Shown here: positions 9,642 through 19,187 of the stretch, in pieces
Numbering within the stretch: the stretch's first letter is position 1
Layout of the letters: each line of letters opens with the position of its first letter
From: Desulfatiglandales bacterium
GTDB taxonomy: Bacteria; Desulfobacterota; DSM-4660; Desulfatiglandales; Desulfatiglandaceae
NCBI GenBank assembly: GCA_963663335.2
Contig: CAXXLN010000003.1
Coordinates: 332,358 to 396,357 of the forward strand
Length of the DNA stretch: 64,000 nt
Reading direction: 5' to 3'
Program-made: the position numbers and the translations under genes
The notes under the pieces: generated by a model
Told to the model about the DNA's origin: nothing
Databases searched by the model: none
The model's input: the letters and a program-made list of their open reading frames with translations, nothing else

Positions 9642-10919
9642 CTACTCTTCATCATCTTTCGGGATCATCTCTTCGGGAATTACCATATGCTCGCTGATGG
9701 CCTCTTTGAAATGGATCGCCTTGATGCCCAGGTCATATTCTTTGGAAAGGTCCCGAATCTGATCAATACAGTTGTGACAGGGAACGAAAACAATTTTGGC
9801 CCCCGTTTCACGGATCTGTTGCGCTTTCATTGCCCCTCCCTTGAGGCGATCTTTTTTCATCTCGCCGCCCATGGGCATGGCACCACCACCGCCAGCGCAG
9901 CAATAATTGTAATTCCCCTGGTATTTCATCGGGCGGAAATCTTCCGAAAGATATGCCGCCAGTTGCTGATTTTTAAGGGCCAGGCCACCGCTTCGGACCA
10001 CATTGCAGGGATCCTGAACCGTGGTCGGTTCCTTGATTTTCTCCCTGATTTTGATGCGGCCATCCCGAATATAATCGTGAAAGAGTTCCACGGAGTGAAC
10101 CACTTCTTGCTTGGGGGTGAATCCCAACCAGGTAGGCGCTTCGTACCGAAGCGCTCGATATGCATGGCCTCATTCAGTGACCGCCACTTGTTGCACCCCC
10201 AACTCTTCGGCCCGCTTGAAGGTGTTTTCAACAATCAGTTTGGATGAACTCACGTCACCGCAGAACATGGCGAGATTGGTGGCATCCCAGCCCGGTTTGC
10301 TGCAATAGGTGTAGTCTTCACCGGCCACGTAGAATATCTTGGCCACCTCCATCATGTCCTGCGGGTAAAACATGGGTTCCCGGGCATTGACCGTGTAGAG
10401 AATCTTTGCGCCTTTCTTGTCAATGGGGATCTTCAGGCCCACCAGCTCTTCGGCCATTTCTTCTTCGACCCACACAATTGTATCCACCCAGTCTTCATCG
10501 GTAACGGCCATCTGGTTGCCGAACTCATTGTAATTATCGATGGCCTTGACCAGACCCTCAGGGGCAATCCCCTGCGAAAACAACATGGCTCTCAGCAGGG
10601 ATATCATGAGCGCAATATCGATACCGAAAGGGCAATAAAGCGTGCAGCGACGGCACATGTTACATTCATGATAAACCGTATCGTAAACTTTTTGCAAATA
10701 GTCTCGGTCCACTTTCCCCTTCTTCTTGAGGATTTCTCTTAGAAATCTCACCTTGTAGGCGGGGATCATTTTGGGATCATTTCCGTGGGACGTGTAATAG
10801 TGGCACGTATTCGCACAGAGCCCGCATCGGGCACAGATATTGAGCCATGTTCTGAAACGGGCGTTGAGCCTCGGTTTCAAGAAGTTCACGATTTCATCGG
10901 GTTTTATCTCTTCACTCAT
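9642..10919 (-). CDS. TmcB/HmcF/HdrD-like (Fe-S)-binding CCG-domain protein, probable selenoprotein (in-frame TGA at 10170-10172)
   Basis: ORFs 10170..10988 and 9642..10127 are in the same frame and join as VAVTE*GHAYRALRYE. Motifs: CARCGLCANTC, CNMCRRCTLYCP, QDPCN, YCCAGGGG, PCHNC. Confidence 0.85.
10136..10154 (-). other. Candidate bacterial SECIS hairpin
   Basis: GCGCTTCG-GTA-CGAAGCGC forms a perfect 8-bp stem starting 16 nt 3' of the in-frame UGA, with G in the apical loop. Confidence 0.7.
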
Positions 10920-10956
10920 AATCAAACTCCCCAATAATTGAAATAGTCCTGACGGT

Positions 10957-11622
10957 TTAGATGGAATATCCTCTACGACCGAATTCAATGCCTGATGCCC
11001 CTCTGGAAAAGAAGAAGAGTATGAAGTGTGACAGCTTTGTGAACGGAATCAAAATAAGCATGAGTTCACCTGAAAGCATATGAATGAGGGTCATATTTTC
11101 GCCTAAAAAACCCACACTCTCCAGGGTTCCGTGGGTTACAAAATACCCGGTCAGAAAGGGCAGGGCGGTGACAATCAGCAGCAGATAATCCGCGAACCCG
11201 GAAATAATGCGTATATCCGCCGAAAAGATGCGTCGGAGCAGAAAAAGCAGCGCAATTGCCAGAAGAATAAGGGTCATCCAGTCCGCCAGCCAGTCCGGAA
11301 TGGGCGTCCAGGACCATTCGAAACGGGACTCTTCCCACAAAGAGATGTGGCCGGCAAACCATATGGGAACAATGACAAGACAGATGTGGAAGATGTAGCC
11401 GAGGATGGAGAATACGGGATTCTTTGCAACACTTTTGTTCAGCGGCAGGAGCCAACGTCCGATGGTTGCCAAGACATACTTCCAACTGAAGTGCTGATAA
11501 ATAATTTTGTCCTTCTTGGTAGAGGCCGCCAAAAACACGGCGGCCCTCAGAAGACTGCCGATAATGAAAACCATGAAGGCAATCCAGAGGAGAGGTCCTT
11601 CAACAAACAGATAGAAATCCAT
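10957..11622 (-). CDS. TmcC/HmcE/NarI-like membrane cytochrome b subunit
   Basis: About 5 TM helices with conserved His (IFHICL, AGHISLW, LIHMLSGE, TKLSHF); GGAGG RBS. Confidence 0.85.
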   Translation of the reverse strand: MDFYLFVEGPLLWIAFMVFIIGSLLRAAVFLAASTKKDKIIYQHFSWKYVLATIGRWLLPLNKSVAKNPVFSILGYIFHICLVIVPIWFAGHISLWEESRFEWSWTPIPDWLADWMTLILLAIALLFLLRRIFSADIRIISGFADYLLLIVTALPFLTGYFVTHGTLESVGFLGENMTLIHMLSGELMLILIPFTKLSHFILFFFSRGASGIEFGRRGYSI

Positions 11623-11744
11623 AATACGCCAAACCTCCTTAAGAAAATTTTTGACCAAAACATCTCTGCCCTCTTCAGGCAGTACAATCCGGGGCTAAAC
11701 ACTTGAAATGGGACCAGGTTGCATTTCATATGGGATCATCCAGA

Positions 11745-11789
11745 CGTATATACGTAATTATGTATATACGCTGAAACTAACATTGTCAA
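11745..11789 (-). promoter_or_regulatory. Sigma70-like promoter with an overlapping palindromic operator for the tmcC-like operon
   Basis: TTGACA(11789-11784)-N17-TATACA; near-perfect inverted repeat CGTATATACGTAA/TTATGTATATACG at 11745-11770. Confidence 0.55.
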
Positions 11790-11884
11790 TGAAAAAAAGG
11801 CGTTCCGATTTTCGCGGAAGCATTTCTCAGAAAGGTTGAAAGTGAAGAATGGTGGTATCCTGGGCTCTTTTTGTTGATCCGCTC

Positions 11885-12035
11885 CGCCATTCCGGCGAAA
11901 GCCGGAATCCAGAAACGCCACTGGCTGGCAGGCCACCCGGTTTGATCAAGAATCAAATGTCTGGAATGAATTCAGATACAGGAAACCATTATGTTATGGA
12001 TGGGACACTGGATTTCTGCTTTCGCAGGAATGACG
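11885..12035. repeat. Inverted pair of CGTC-type REP-like palindromes (REPIN-like)
   Basis: CGCCATTCCGGCGAAAGCCGGAATCCAG (11885-11912) and, on the minus strand, CGTCATTCCTGCGAAAGCAGAAATCCAG (12035-12008). Confidence 0.75.
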
Positions 12036-12398
12036 AGGAAAAGCGAAATGATGAACAAGAGCGAAGAAGAAATAACGGCAGATTTGACGCCAAACAGAAA
12101 GGGGGCACCGTTCCCCTTGTGCCGCCCCTCTCAAATGTTTGGCAGCCGTCAGCCCAAAAACGGACGATTCCGCCCCCCTGCCTTCTGGCATTTCAGAACC
12201 CATCCGGCCCGTTTTCGATCTTTCCGAAATGTGGGAAGGCTACCACATTTTTAAAGCTGCGGGGATGCTTCAAGCGTGGCGCAGGAAATGGGCGGCTTAT
12301 TTGCCAGCGCCAGCTTAATTGAGGCGGAGAAATAGGAAAAAGAGCTTCTTGTTAAAATTGTTTGTCAGGCAATATTGTTTCGTAGTTCCGTGTCTGGG

Positions 12399-12815
12399 CT
12401 ATTGGTAGCCATCTTCGTTCACGTCGTATTCAATCCCAATTAGAAACATGTTTGCACTATTGGCCTGACTGGCAAACAGTAGTCGGCCTACGTTCTTGTA
12501 ATAGAACCATGTCTCCATTTTTCCAGAACCATGGTAAAATGGGATGTAAATTTTGCCGGTAACGTTGACCGATTGGTCTGTTGGAGGCCCTAGAAGATCC
12601 ATAACCTCCTTACTACCCATACCGATTTCGAGTTTTTTGAATTTGCTATCTGGTGTGGGTTGGCCCTGAATGTAGCCAGACCAATCGTTTCTCCCTATTA
12701 CCTCTCTTTTGTCGTCGGTAGTCGCTTGCGTGTTGGTCTGATTTGATGTGACACATCCGGACAGTGCTATAAGTATCGCTATGATTAGAACGGCAGTTGT
12801 GGACGCATGTTTCAT
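12399..12815 (-). CDS. Lipoprotein, SmpA/OmlA(BamE)-like domain
   Basis: Lipobox ALSG-C; LEIGMGSKEVMDLLGPP. Confidence 0.7.
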   Translation of the reverse strand: MKHASTTAVLIIAILIALSGCVTSNQTNTQATTDDKREVIGRNDWSGYIQGQPTPDSKFKKLEIGMGSKEVMDLLGPPTDQSVNVTGKIYIPFYHGSGKMETWFYYKNVGRLLFASQANSANMFLIGIEYDVNEDGYQ

Positions 12816-12928
12816 GATTAGTTTCTCCCTTTAATTTTAGTCCGTGTCTTCTCTGGTTTTGAAATAAATCTTTTAATATTCCTGAATAATGTCCCTCAGT
12901 TTGTTTAATGGGTGGATTTCCAAACAAT

Positions 12929-15010
12929 CTATTCTTGTTTAATGCTAACCATGGAGCCGTTTTCCGCATGAAAAAAGCTCTTGATTATTACTTTTGGAGC
13001 TTTGAAGGTGATGTTTGCATCCTTTTTGATATAAACTCCCTTGCTGATGGTGATAAGTGTAGCAGCCCTGCATTGACACGCAGGGCCAGCTTCAAAAGTG
13101 GTGTCTTCCAGTTCCACAGGATCACCTGAACATTGCGGACAGTACAGAATGTATTCATAGGCCCCCATGTCATAGCCGCTGCCCTGCGGTCTTGAGGTGT
13201 TTTCAATGTCAGTGTCGGGGGCACCGTTTGCTGTCCCTGTATCAATACATGGTGAGTTGGCCGATAAACGGTAGTCGCCGCTTCCAACGAACAACGGATC
13301 TTTATCGATGTTTCCAGCACCTGCGCCCGAATAACCGGCGATGTCGGAGTAGGATACACTTACTGGATTGATCGTCTCAAGCCTGGAGGCATCTGGCGTA
13401 TTCCCGTAGACGATTGTATTTCTAACCGTCACATCAGAGAGATAATCAGCGTCTAAGCCGCCATAAAGATAATATCCCTCATTTCCGGCGATGGTGCAAT
13501 TTGTGACGGTAGAGGAAGTGCCAAGAAAGGAAGAGATCAAAACGCCTCCAACGCCTCCAGTGTAACCGGAGTTAGAGATATTCCCAATAATCAGACAGTT
13601 GGTGAGGTGTGACTCTATGTTCTTAAATGCTATCCCCCCTGCCGTGGCCTCGCCGCCGTCAGCATCAAGGTTGTCACGGATAATACAGTTTTTTATGTTT
13701 GCCGATGCGGTATTGCTGAAGTTATAATAGCAATAAATTCCGGTTCCGGAATTCCGAGCGATGGTGCAATCGGTGATCGTTGCTGAGCTCGTGCCGTAAA
13801 GCGTAATCCTAATCCCTTTATCGCCATTATCCGTGACCACGCACCCGGTGATCGTTGTTGCGTTATAGGAATAGGAATCGATTCCCATACCGGCATTATC
13901 GGTGACGGTGCAATCGGTGATCGTTAATAGTCCTTCAATACCACTATGTCTGATGCCAACTCCAGAATTGCCATTACTGTTGCGGCTGACGGTACAACGG
14001 GTGATGGTTGCCGCGCCATAGACAGAAATTCCGCCTTCTCCATTATCGGTTACGATGCAATCGGTGATGGTTGCCGTGTCACCGACAGAAATTCCTTTAC
14101 CGCCGTTATTAGTGATCGTGCAATTGCTGATGGTTGCCGTGCCACTGACGATCCCGTACGAGCCATTATTAGTGACCGTGCAATCGGTTATCGTGGCATT
14201 ATCAACATTGATGCCGTCCAATCTGTTTCCGGTGATAGTGCAACCGGTGATCGTCGCTGTGCTACTGCGGTAGTTGTTGAAGATGCCCCATCCGTCGGTG
14301 CCGGTGATCGTACAACCGGTGATCGTGAATAGGCCGTCACCTGATATAATGATACCGTCACCAGAACCATTGTCGCCCTGGGTGATATTGCAATCGGTGA
14401 TCGTCGCTGGGTTGTCAACGTCATCATTATCTATGAAGATGGCACAACCGTTGCCGGTTTTGTTGAAGGTACAACCGGTGATCGCAGGGTGGGGAGGAGT
14501 CCGTGAAGAAAATGCCATAACCGTTTATCGTGCAATTGATGATGGTTGGTGAAGAGGATGAAGCCTCAATAGAACCAAAATGATACAAATTCTGACTTCT
14601 TTCGCAATTGATCAGTGTAAAGCCTTTAAACACCGAGCTGTGATCTTCGCTATTTCCAAATCTCACAAAATAAAAATTATTTCCATCAATAATACAATTA
14701 TCCGCCCCATTTTCTGATTGAACGGTAATCGCTTTCCCATTAAAATCGAGGTCCTCTCCTAATACATACGTCCCATTAGCAACCAGCACCGTGTCTCCTA
14801 TTCCTGCGGCATTAATCCCCTCTTGAATGGTCGTTTCCCTGTACGTCCCATCAGGAAGCAGCACCAGAGTAGGGACACGGATTATGTTGGCAGAGGCCAT
14901 GCAGGGAGACAAAACAAGCGCCATCAGGGAAACAGCAAAAAACCACTGTATAGGAAATCTATGCCTTATACCGACATTTGATGCTACCCTTTTATAAAAA
15001 CTCAGGACCA
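12929..15010 (-). pseudogene. Secreted right-handed parallel beta-helix repeat protein, split by a frameshift at ~14487-14496
   Basis: Signal-like N-terminus and TIQEGINAA..GDTVLVANGTY (ORF 14427-15056) continue in the other frame as ~14 (A)TITxCxIT repeats, then NIDKDPLF..DYRLSANSPCIDTG..YDMGAYE and a Cys-containing C-terminal domain. Confidence 0.8.
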
Positions 15011-15389
15011 TATTATTTCTCCGTGGGCTGAAAATGAAAATCGCCACTGATGGCAATGGCTATTAAATCACGATAAATTACTGATGCTCCTCATTTAATC
15101 TTCAGACGTCTCCGTCAATAAAAAAAATGATTTTTTGAGGATCTATCTTTGCTGATCGATATCCTGCGTTCGGTGCGGCCCAGCGCCATGAATATCAATA
15201 AAAGTAGAAGGTTGTATGACCTCTTATCCCGCCGGAAAGTCCTCAAGGCGAAACTTTCGAAAATTGCCAAGGTTCTTGGTAGCGGCGCGCCGAGAGCATT
15301 TAGGGACGGGTGGGTTTTTCGAGGCGCTATATGTTCGTGACGGAGCAGGCAACGGAAAAAGGGTTGTCAGGGGGACATAGAAGGTCTCC

Positions 15390-15977
15390 TTAGCGGAGTC
15401 CTTCCCCTAGTTCCAGTCCAGAGGCGTAGGCTTCTTTCAGATATTCCGGGTGGTTTTTCACTTCGCCTTCGAGATCGATACCGCGATAGGTGAGGGCTCG
15501 CCACAGGGCCATGTCCAGCGTATCGAAAAAATACTTCATGGATAATGTAACGCCGTCAAAGAGTTTCTTTCCGTTGGTGGCGCCCACGCTGATAAAGAGA
15601 CCCTTTCGTTTACAATTCGTCTGGTTGAAGGGCGTCTTTTCGATCCAGTATTTTTTGACCCAGAGGGACTGGAAACGGTCCATCATGATTTTGGTGTGAG
15701 CGCTGACCGAATAGAAGAATATGGGAGATGAAATGATGAGCCCTTTAGCGGAAAGGAGTTGATCGCGCAGCATCTGAAAATCGTCTTTGATGGCGCATTC
15801 CCCTTCCTTTTTGCAGCCATAAATTTCAAGGCAGGGTGATATTTTTAAATCCCTCAACACAAACTCCCGAACGGTTGCACCGGCGTCTCGGGCGCCGCGG
15901 ACGGCTTCTTTCGTGAGTATGGCCGTGTTGCCTTTCCTTCGGGGGCTGCCATAGACACATATGATTTCAGAGGGCAT
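15390..15977 (-). CDS. Iron-sulfur flavoprotein / NADPH-dependent FMN reductase family
   Basis: GSPRRKGNT, PCLEIYGC..ECAIKDD, SPIFFYSVSAHTK. Confidence 0.85.
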   Translation of the reverse strand: MPSEIICVYGSPRRKGNTAILTKEAVRGARDAGATVREFVLRDLKISPCLEIYGCKKEGECAIKDDFQMLRDQLLSAKGLIISSPIFFYSVSAHTKIMMDRFQSLWVKKYWIEKTPFNQTNCKRKGLFISVGATNGKKLFDGVTLSMKYFFDTLDMALWRALTYRGIDLEGEVKNHPEYLKEAYASGLELGEGLR

Positions 15978-16195
15978 CTTTTTTATCCTCAGTTTGAAGG
16001 TTCTTTTTGTCGGTGCTTCGTAACGTGAAAACTTTGTTTGCAGCACACCGGTATCGCTCAATTCTTTCTTTACTTGCAGTGTTACAGAATTTATAAGTCG
16101 AGACGAAAAGGAAGTCAAGGCACCAAAACAGCGCTCATTCAACCCATCGCGGTTTATGTTTTGGGAGCAAATCGGAAAAAAGGAGGAACTGGCAT

Positions 16196-17149
16196 ATGGC
16201 ATTGCGTCTTGAAGATCTGAATCGGCCGCCATACCCTAAGCAGATGATCGTAGACATCCATTCTTTTTGTAACGCAAAGTGCGCAATTTGCCCTTATGAC
16301 GATCTTAAATCAAAAAATAAAATGGGAATGATGGATGAAAGTCTTTTTGTAAAAATTATTGATGATTTCAGCCATTTATCCAAAATTTATAAATTCAACG
16401 GAAATGTCATATTCTGCAATATGGGGGAATTATTCTTTACCAAAGATGTGATAGGACGTATAAAATATGTTCTCAAATCAGGGCTTACGTTCAATATCCA
16501 AACAAACGCAGCCTTAATGTCTAATATAATGGTGGATCGGCTTTTGGAATCGGGATTTACCGGCGCCATTACCATCAGTTGCCATGGAATTTCGCCAGAC
16601 GTTTATCAGCACGGAATGGGGTTGGATATTCGGGTATCTTTGAAAAATATTGACTATCTGATCAGCCGGTACCCGAAAAACAGGATTCAAATTCAAGCGA
16701 TTCCCCATGAATGGCCGAAAGGAGAAGCAAGGCGTGTTCGCAACTATTGGCAGCGAAAAGGAATTGCACTGCGAATGCCCCTGCCCAATAATAGAGGCGG
16801 ATTATTGCCTTCCATAAAGACACGCTATAAAAAAGCGCTGGTCGGATGCTGGGCAGGAAGGCCTCTGGGTGAAATGGTCGTATGTTTTAACGGGGACGTG
16901 ATTCTTTGCTGCAATGACATGGGACAACAGGAAATCGTTGGAAATCTGGCCCGAAACACTATTGAAGAAGTCTGGAATGGGGATGCTTTCCTGAACAGAA
17001 TAGAGAAGATATACTGCGGCAAAGCTTCTGATTACGATTTCATTTGCAAAATGTGCGAATTCGGGCAGGAGTCGAATTCACAAATTTTAAGACTTATCAG
17101 GAATATTAGATATTCATTGAAAAGGTTTATGTTGACACGAATTTGGTGA
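16196..17149 (+). CDS. Radical SAM protein with a SPASM/Twitch-type C-terminal domain
   Basis: CNAKCAIC (CxxxCxxC); C-terminal GC..P..GDVILCCND..GNL..IEEVWNG..CKMC. Confidence 0.88.
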   Translation: MALRLEDLNRPPYPKQMIVDIHSFCNAKCAICPYDDLKSKNKMGMMDESLFVKIIDDFSHLSKIYKFNGNVIFCNMGELFFTKDVIGRIKYVLKSGLTFNIQTNAALMSNIMVDRLLESGFTGAITISCHGISPDVYQHGMGLDIRVSLKNIDYLISRYPKNRIQIQAIPHEWPKGEARRVRNYWQRKGIALRMPLPNNRGGLLPSIKTRYKKALVGCWAGRPLGEMVVCFNGDVILCCNDMGQQEIVGNLARNTIEEVWNGDAFLNRIEKIYCGKASDYDFICKMCEFGQESNSQILRLIRNIRYSLKRFMLTRIW

Positions 17150-17263
17150 TGGAAACAGCCAGCCCTGCCGGAAGCCATGATCAAATGGACAATTGGGTTA
17201 TCACTTTGGCCCAACATATAAATTTCATTGGTTCGAATTCTCGAATAACAGGAGGCAGCCACA

Positions 17264-18397
17264 ATGTCTACACTGCATGATGAGGTGACCGTCAACGGAA
17301 TGAAGCTGCGCAACCGGCTTGTTCTTCCACCGCTGACCACAAACTGTGGCGGTCCTGAAGGCCAGGTGACGGATGGGGTCGTTCAATTTTATGAGGAGCG
17401 TGCCAGGGACGTCGGACTCGTCATCGTAGAGGCCGCTGCGGTGCGAAGTGACGGCAGGATTGTTCCGGGCAGCCTGGGACTGTGGGAAGATGGACAGGTG
17501 CCCGGAATGGCAAGGATTGCCGGCGGCATCAAAAATGCGGAGGCTGCCGCGGTACTGCAGATCAACCATGCGGGGGCGCGGGGGTTTCCATCCGGTGGCG
17601 AAATGCAGGGGGCGTCACCCTCCGGATTTTCTTTCAGGCCCGATTTAGAGGCTTTTTCCATGAGGCCGGAACAGATAGAAACCCTGGTTTCCGATTTTGC
17701 GGCTGCCGCCAATCGCGCAAAGGAAGCCGGCTTTGACGGGATAGAGATTCACGGGGCCCATCTCTACCTGATCAGTCAGTTCTTGTCTCCTCTGACAAAT
17801 CAGCGGGACGACCGCTATGGCGGGGATGCTCTTGGCCGGGCCACATTGGCACTGGAAGTGCTGAAAGCGGTTCGGGAAAAACTGGGGGTGAATTACCCCA
17901 TTTTGTTTCGTTTCAATGCCGTGGAACATGTGGAAGGCGGACAGACACTGGCGGATGCCGTTGCGGTCAGCCGGGCATTGGCGCAAGCAGGTGTGGATGC
18001 GCTGGATGTTTCGCTGGTCAGTACGGGATCCTGGCAGGAGACGGAGGAAGGAAGATTTCTGCTTCCCGCGTCTGCCTTTCCAAAACACCAGCCCCCCGGC
18101 GCAAACATTCCGTTTATAGCCCGGATCAAGGAAGCGACGGGCCTTCCGGTGATCGGTGTGGGAAAACTGGGAATCGGTACCATGGCCGCCAAATCGGTTG
18201 AGGGATCACTGATGGATCTTGTGGCCATTGGCCGCCAGATGATAGCCGACCCCGAATCGGCAGGTAAAATTCTGTCCGGTAAAGCCGAAGAGATCATCCC
18301 CTGCCAGGAATGCATGGCGTGCTTTGCGTCCCTCAGAAAAGGCCCCATCATTTGTAAAGTGAATCGGAACCTGCCATGGACTTCTGACAGGGGGTAA
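17264..18397 (+). CDS. NADH:flavin oxidoreductase (Old Yellow Enzyme family)
   Basis: LRNRLVLPPL, QINHAG, GFDGIEIHGAHLYLISQFLSP..NQRDDRYGG, CQECMAC. Confidence 0.9.
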   Translation: MSTLHDEVTVNGMKLRNRLVLPPLTTNCGGPEGQVTDGVVQFYEERARDVGLVIVEAAAVRSDGRIVPGSLGLWEDGQVPGMARIAGGIKNAEAAAVLQINHAGARGFPSGGEMQGASPSGFSFRPDLEAFSMRPEQIETLVSDFAAAANRAKEAGFDGIEIHGAHLYLISQFLSPLTNQRDDRYGGDALGRATLALEVLKAVREKLGVNYPILFRFNAVEHVEGGQTLADAVAVSRALAQAGVDALDVSLVSTGSWQETEEGRFLLPASAFPKHQPPGANIPFIARIKEATGLPVIGVGKLGIGTMAAKSVEGSLMDLVAIGRQMIADPESAGKILSGKAEEIIPCQECMACFASLRKGPIICKVNRNLPWTSDRG

Positions 18398-19141
18398 TTA
18401 TTTTTTGGTGAGGCCCTTGAACCCGGGGCAGTTCGACATCACCGCATGTTTTCGGCTCAAAGGAAATTGACGGCAGACGGCGGGTTTGACATCGTGAATT
18501 CTGCAGAGCCATTGCTGACGTTCCTCCGCTTTTTCCAGAAATGGGCACGCATCTGCCTGTTTTTGCGTTCCCGGCAGGACCCACGCCAGGTATCCCCGCG
18601 CCTCTCCGTTAACACTGATTTCTTTGACCCACCTTAAAATGTCATTTCGCCCTGATGCTTTCCATAGGGCCACATCCTCAGCGGTTACCTCGTTATGGGA
18701 ATCCAGAAACCGGCAGCAGAATCCACACCGGCGGCAGTGAAAGGCTTCCATATCGGTTTCAATCCGCACGCCCGGATTTCCTTTTTCATCCTCGTCCGGT
18801 GTCGCACGTGTTCTAAAAACCCTGGCGCAAACAGCGGCCAAAAGGTCGGGGTGCCACGGCGTTTGATCGATGGCATTGCACATGTATTCAACCAATTCCG
18901 GGCCATTGAGCCATTTCATCTGGCTCTTACCCTCGCGATTGACCCATGCGCCATTTTTTCCCGGTTCTCGTTTTAAATGAATTCGGTTGTCCGCGACCAG
19001 GGGCATGATGCAGGAAAAGAGGATGATTTGAGGGTCATACTGACGAAAATCCGCAATCATGGCGTTGATTGCCTCAGTGGTGGTCAAAAAGAGGGTCTCT
19101 TTTTCCACGGCGGATGGGTTTTTTTTCTTTTTTGTGGGCAC
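18398..19141 (-). CDS. YkgJ-family Cys-cluster protein
   Basis: CRRCGFCC...CPFL...CRIHDVKPAVCRQFP. Confidence 0.8.
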   Translation of the reverse strand: MPTKKKKNPSAVEKETLFLTTTEAINAMIADFRQYDPQIILFSCIMPLVADNRIHLKREPGKNGAWVNREGKSQMKWLNGPELVEYMCNAIDQTPWHPDLLAAVCARVFRTRATPDEDEKGNPGVRIETDMEAFHCRRCGFCCRFLDSHNEVTAEDVALWKASGRNDILRWVKEISVNGEARGYLAWVLPGTQKQADACPFLEKAEERQQWLCRIHDVKPAVCRQFPLSRKHAVMSNCPGFKGLTKK

Positions 19142-19187
19142 GGTTGTTGTTTTTTTGCTTGCAGCTTTGATATCTGCCTATCGGATC

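Noticed and set aside
13760-14485. Regularly spaced DNA repeats as a CRISPR array
   Set aside because: The repeats are degenerate, in frame, and encode beta-helix turns; there are no cas genes.
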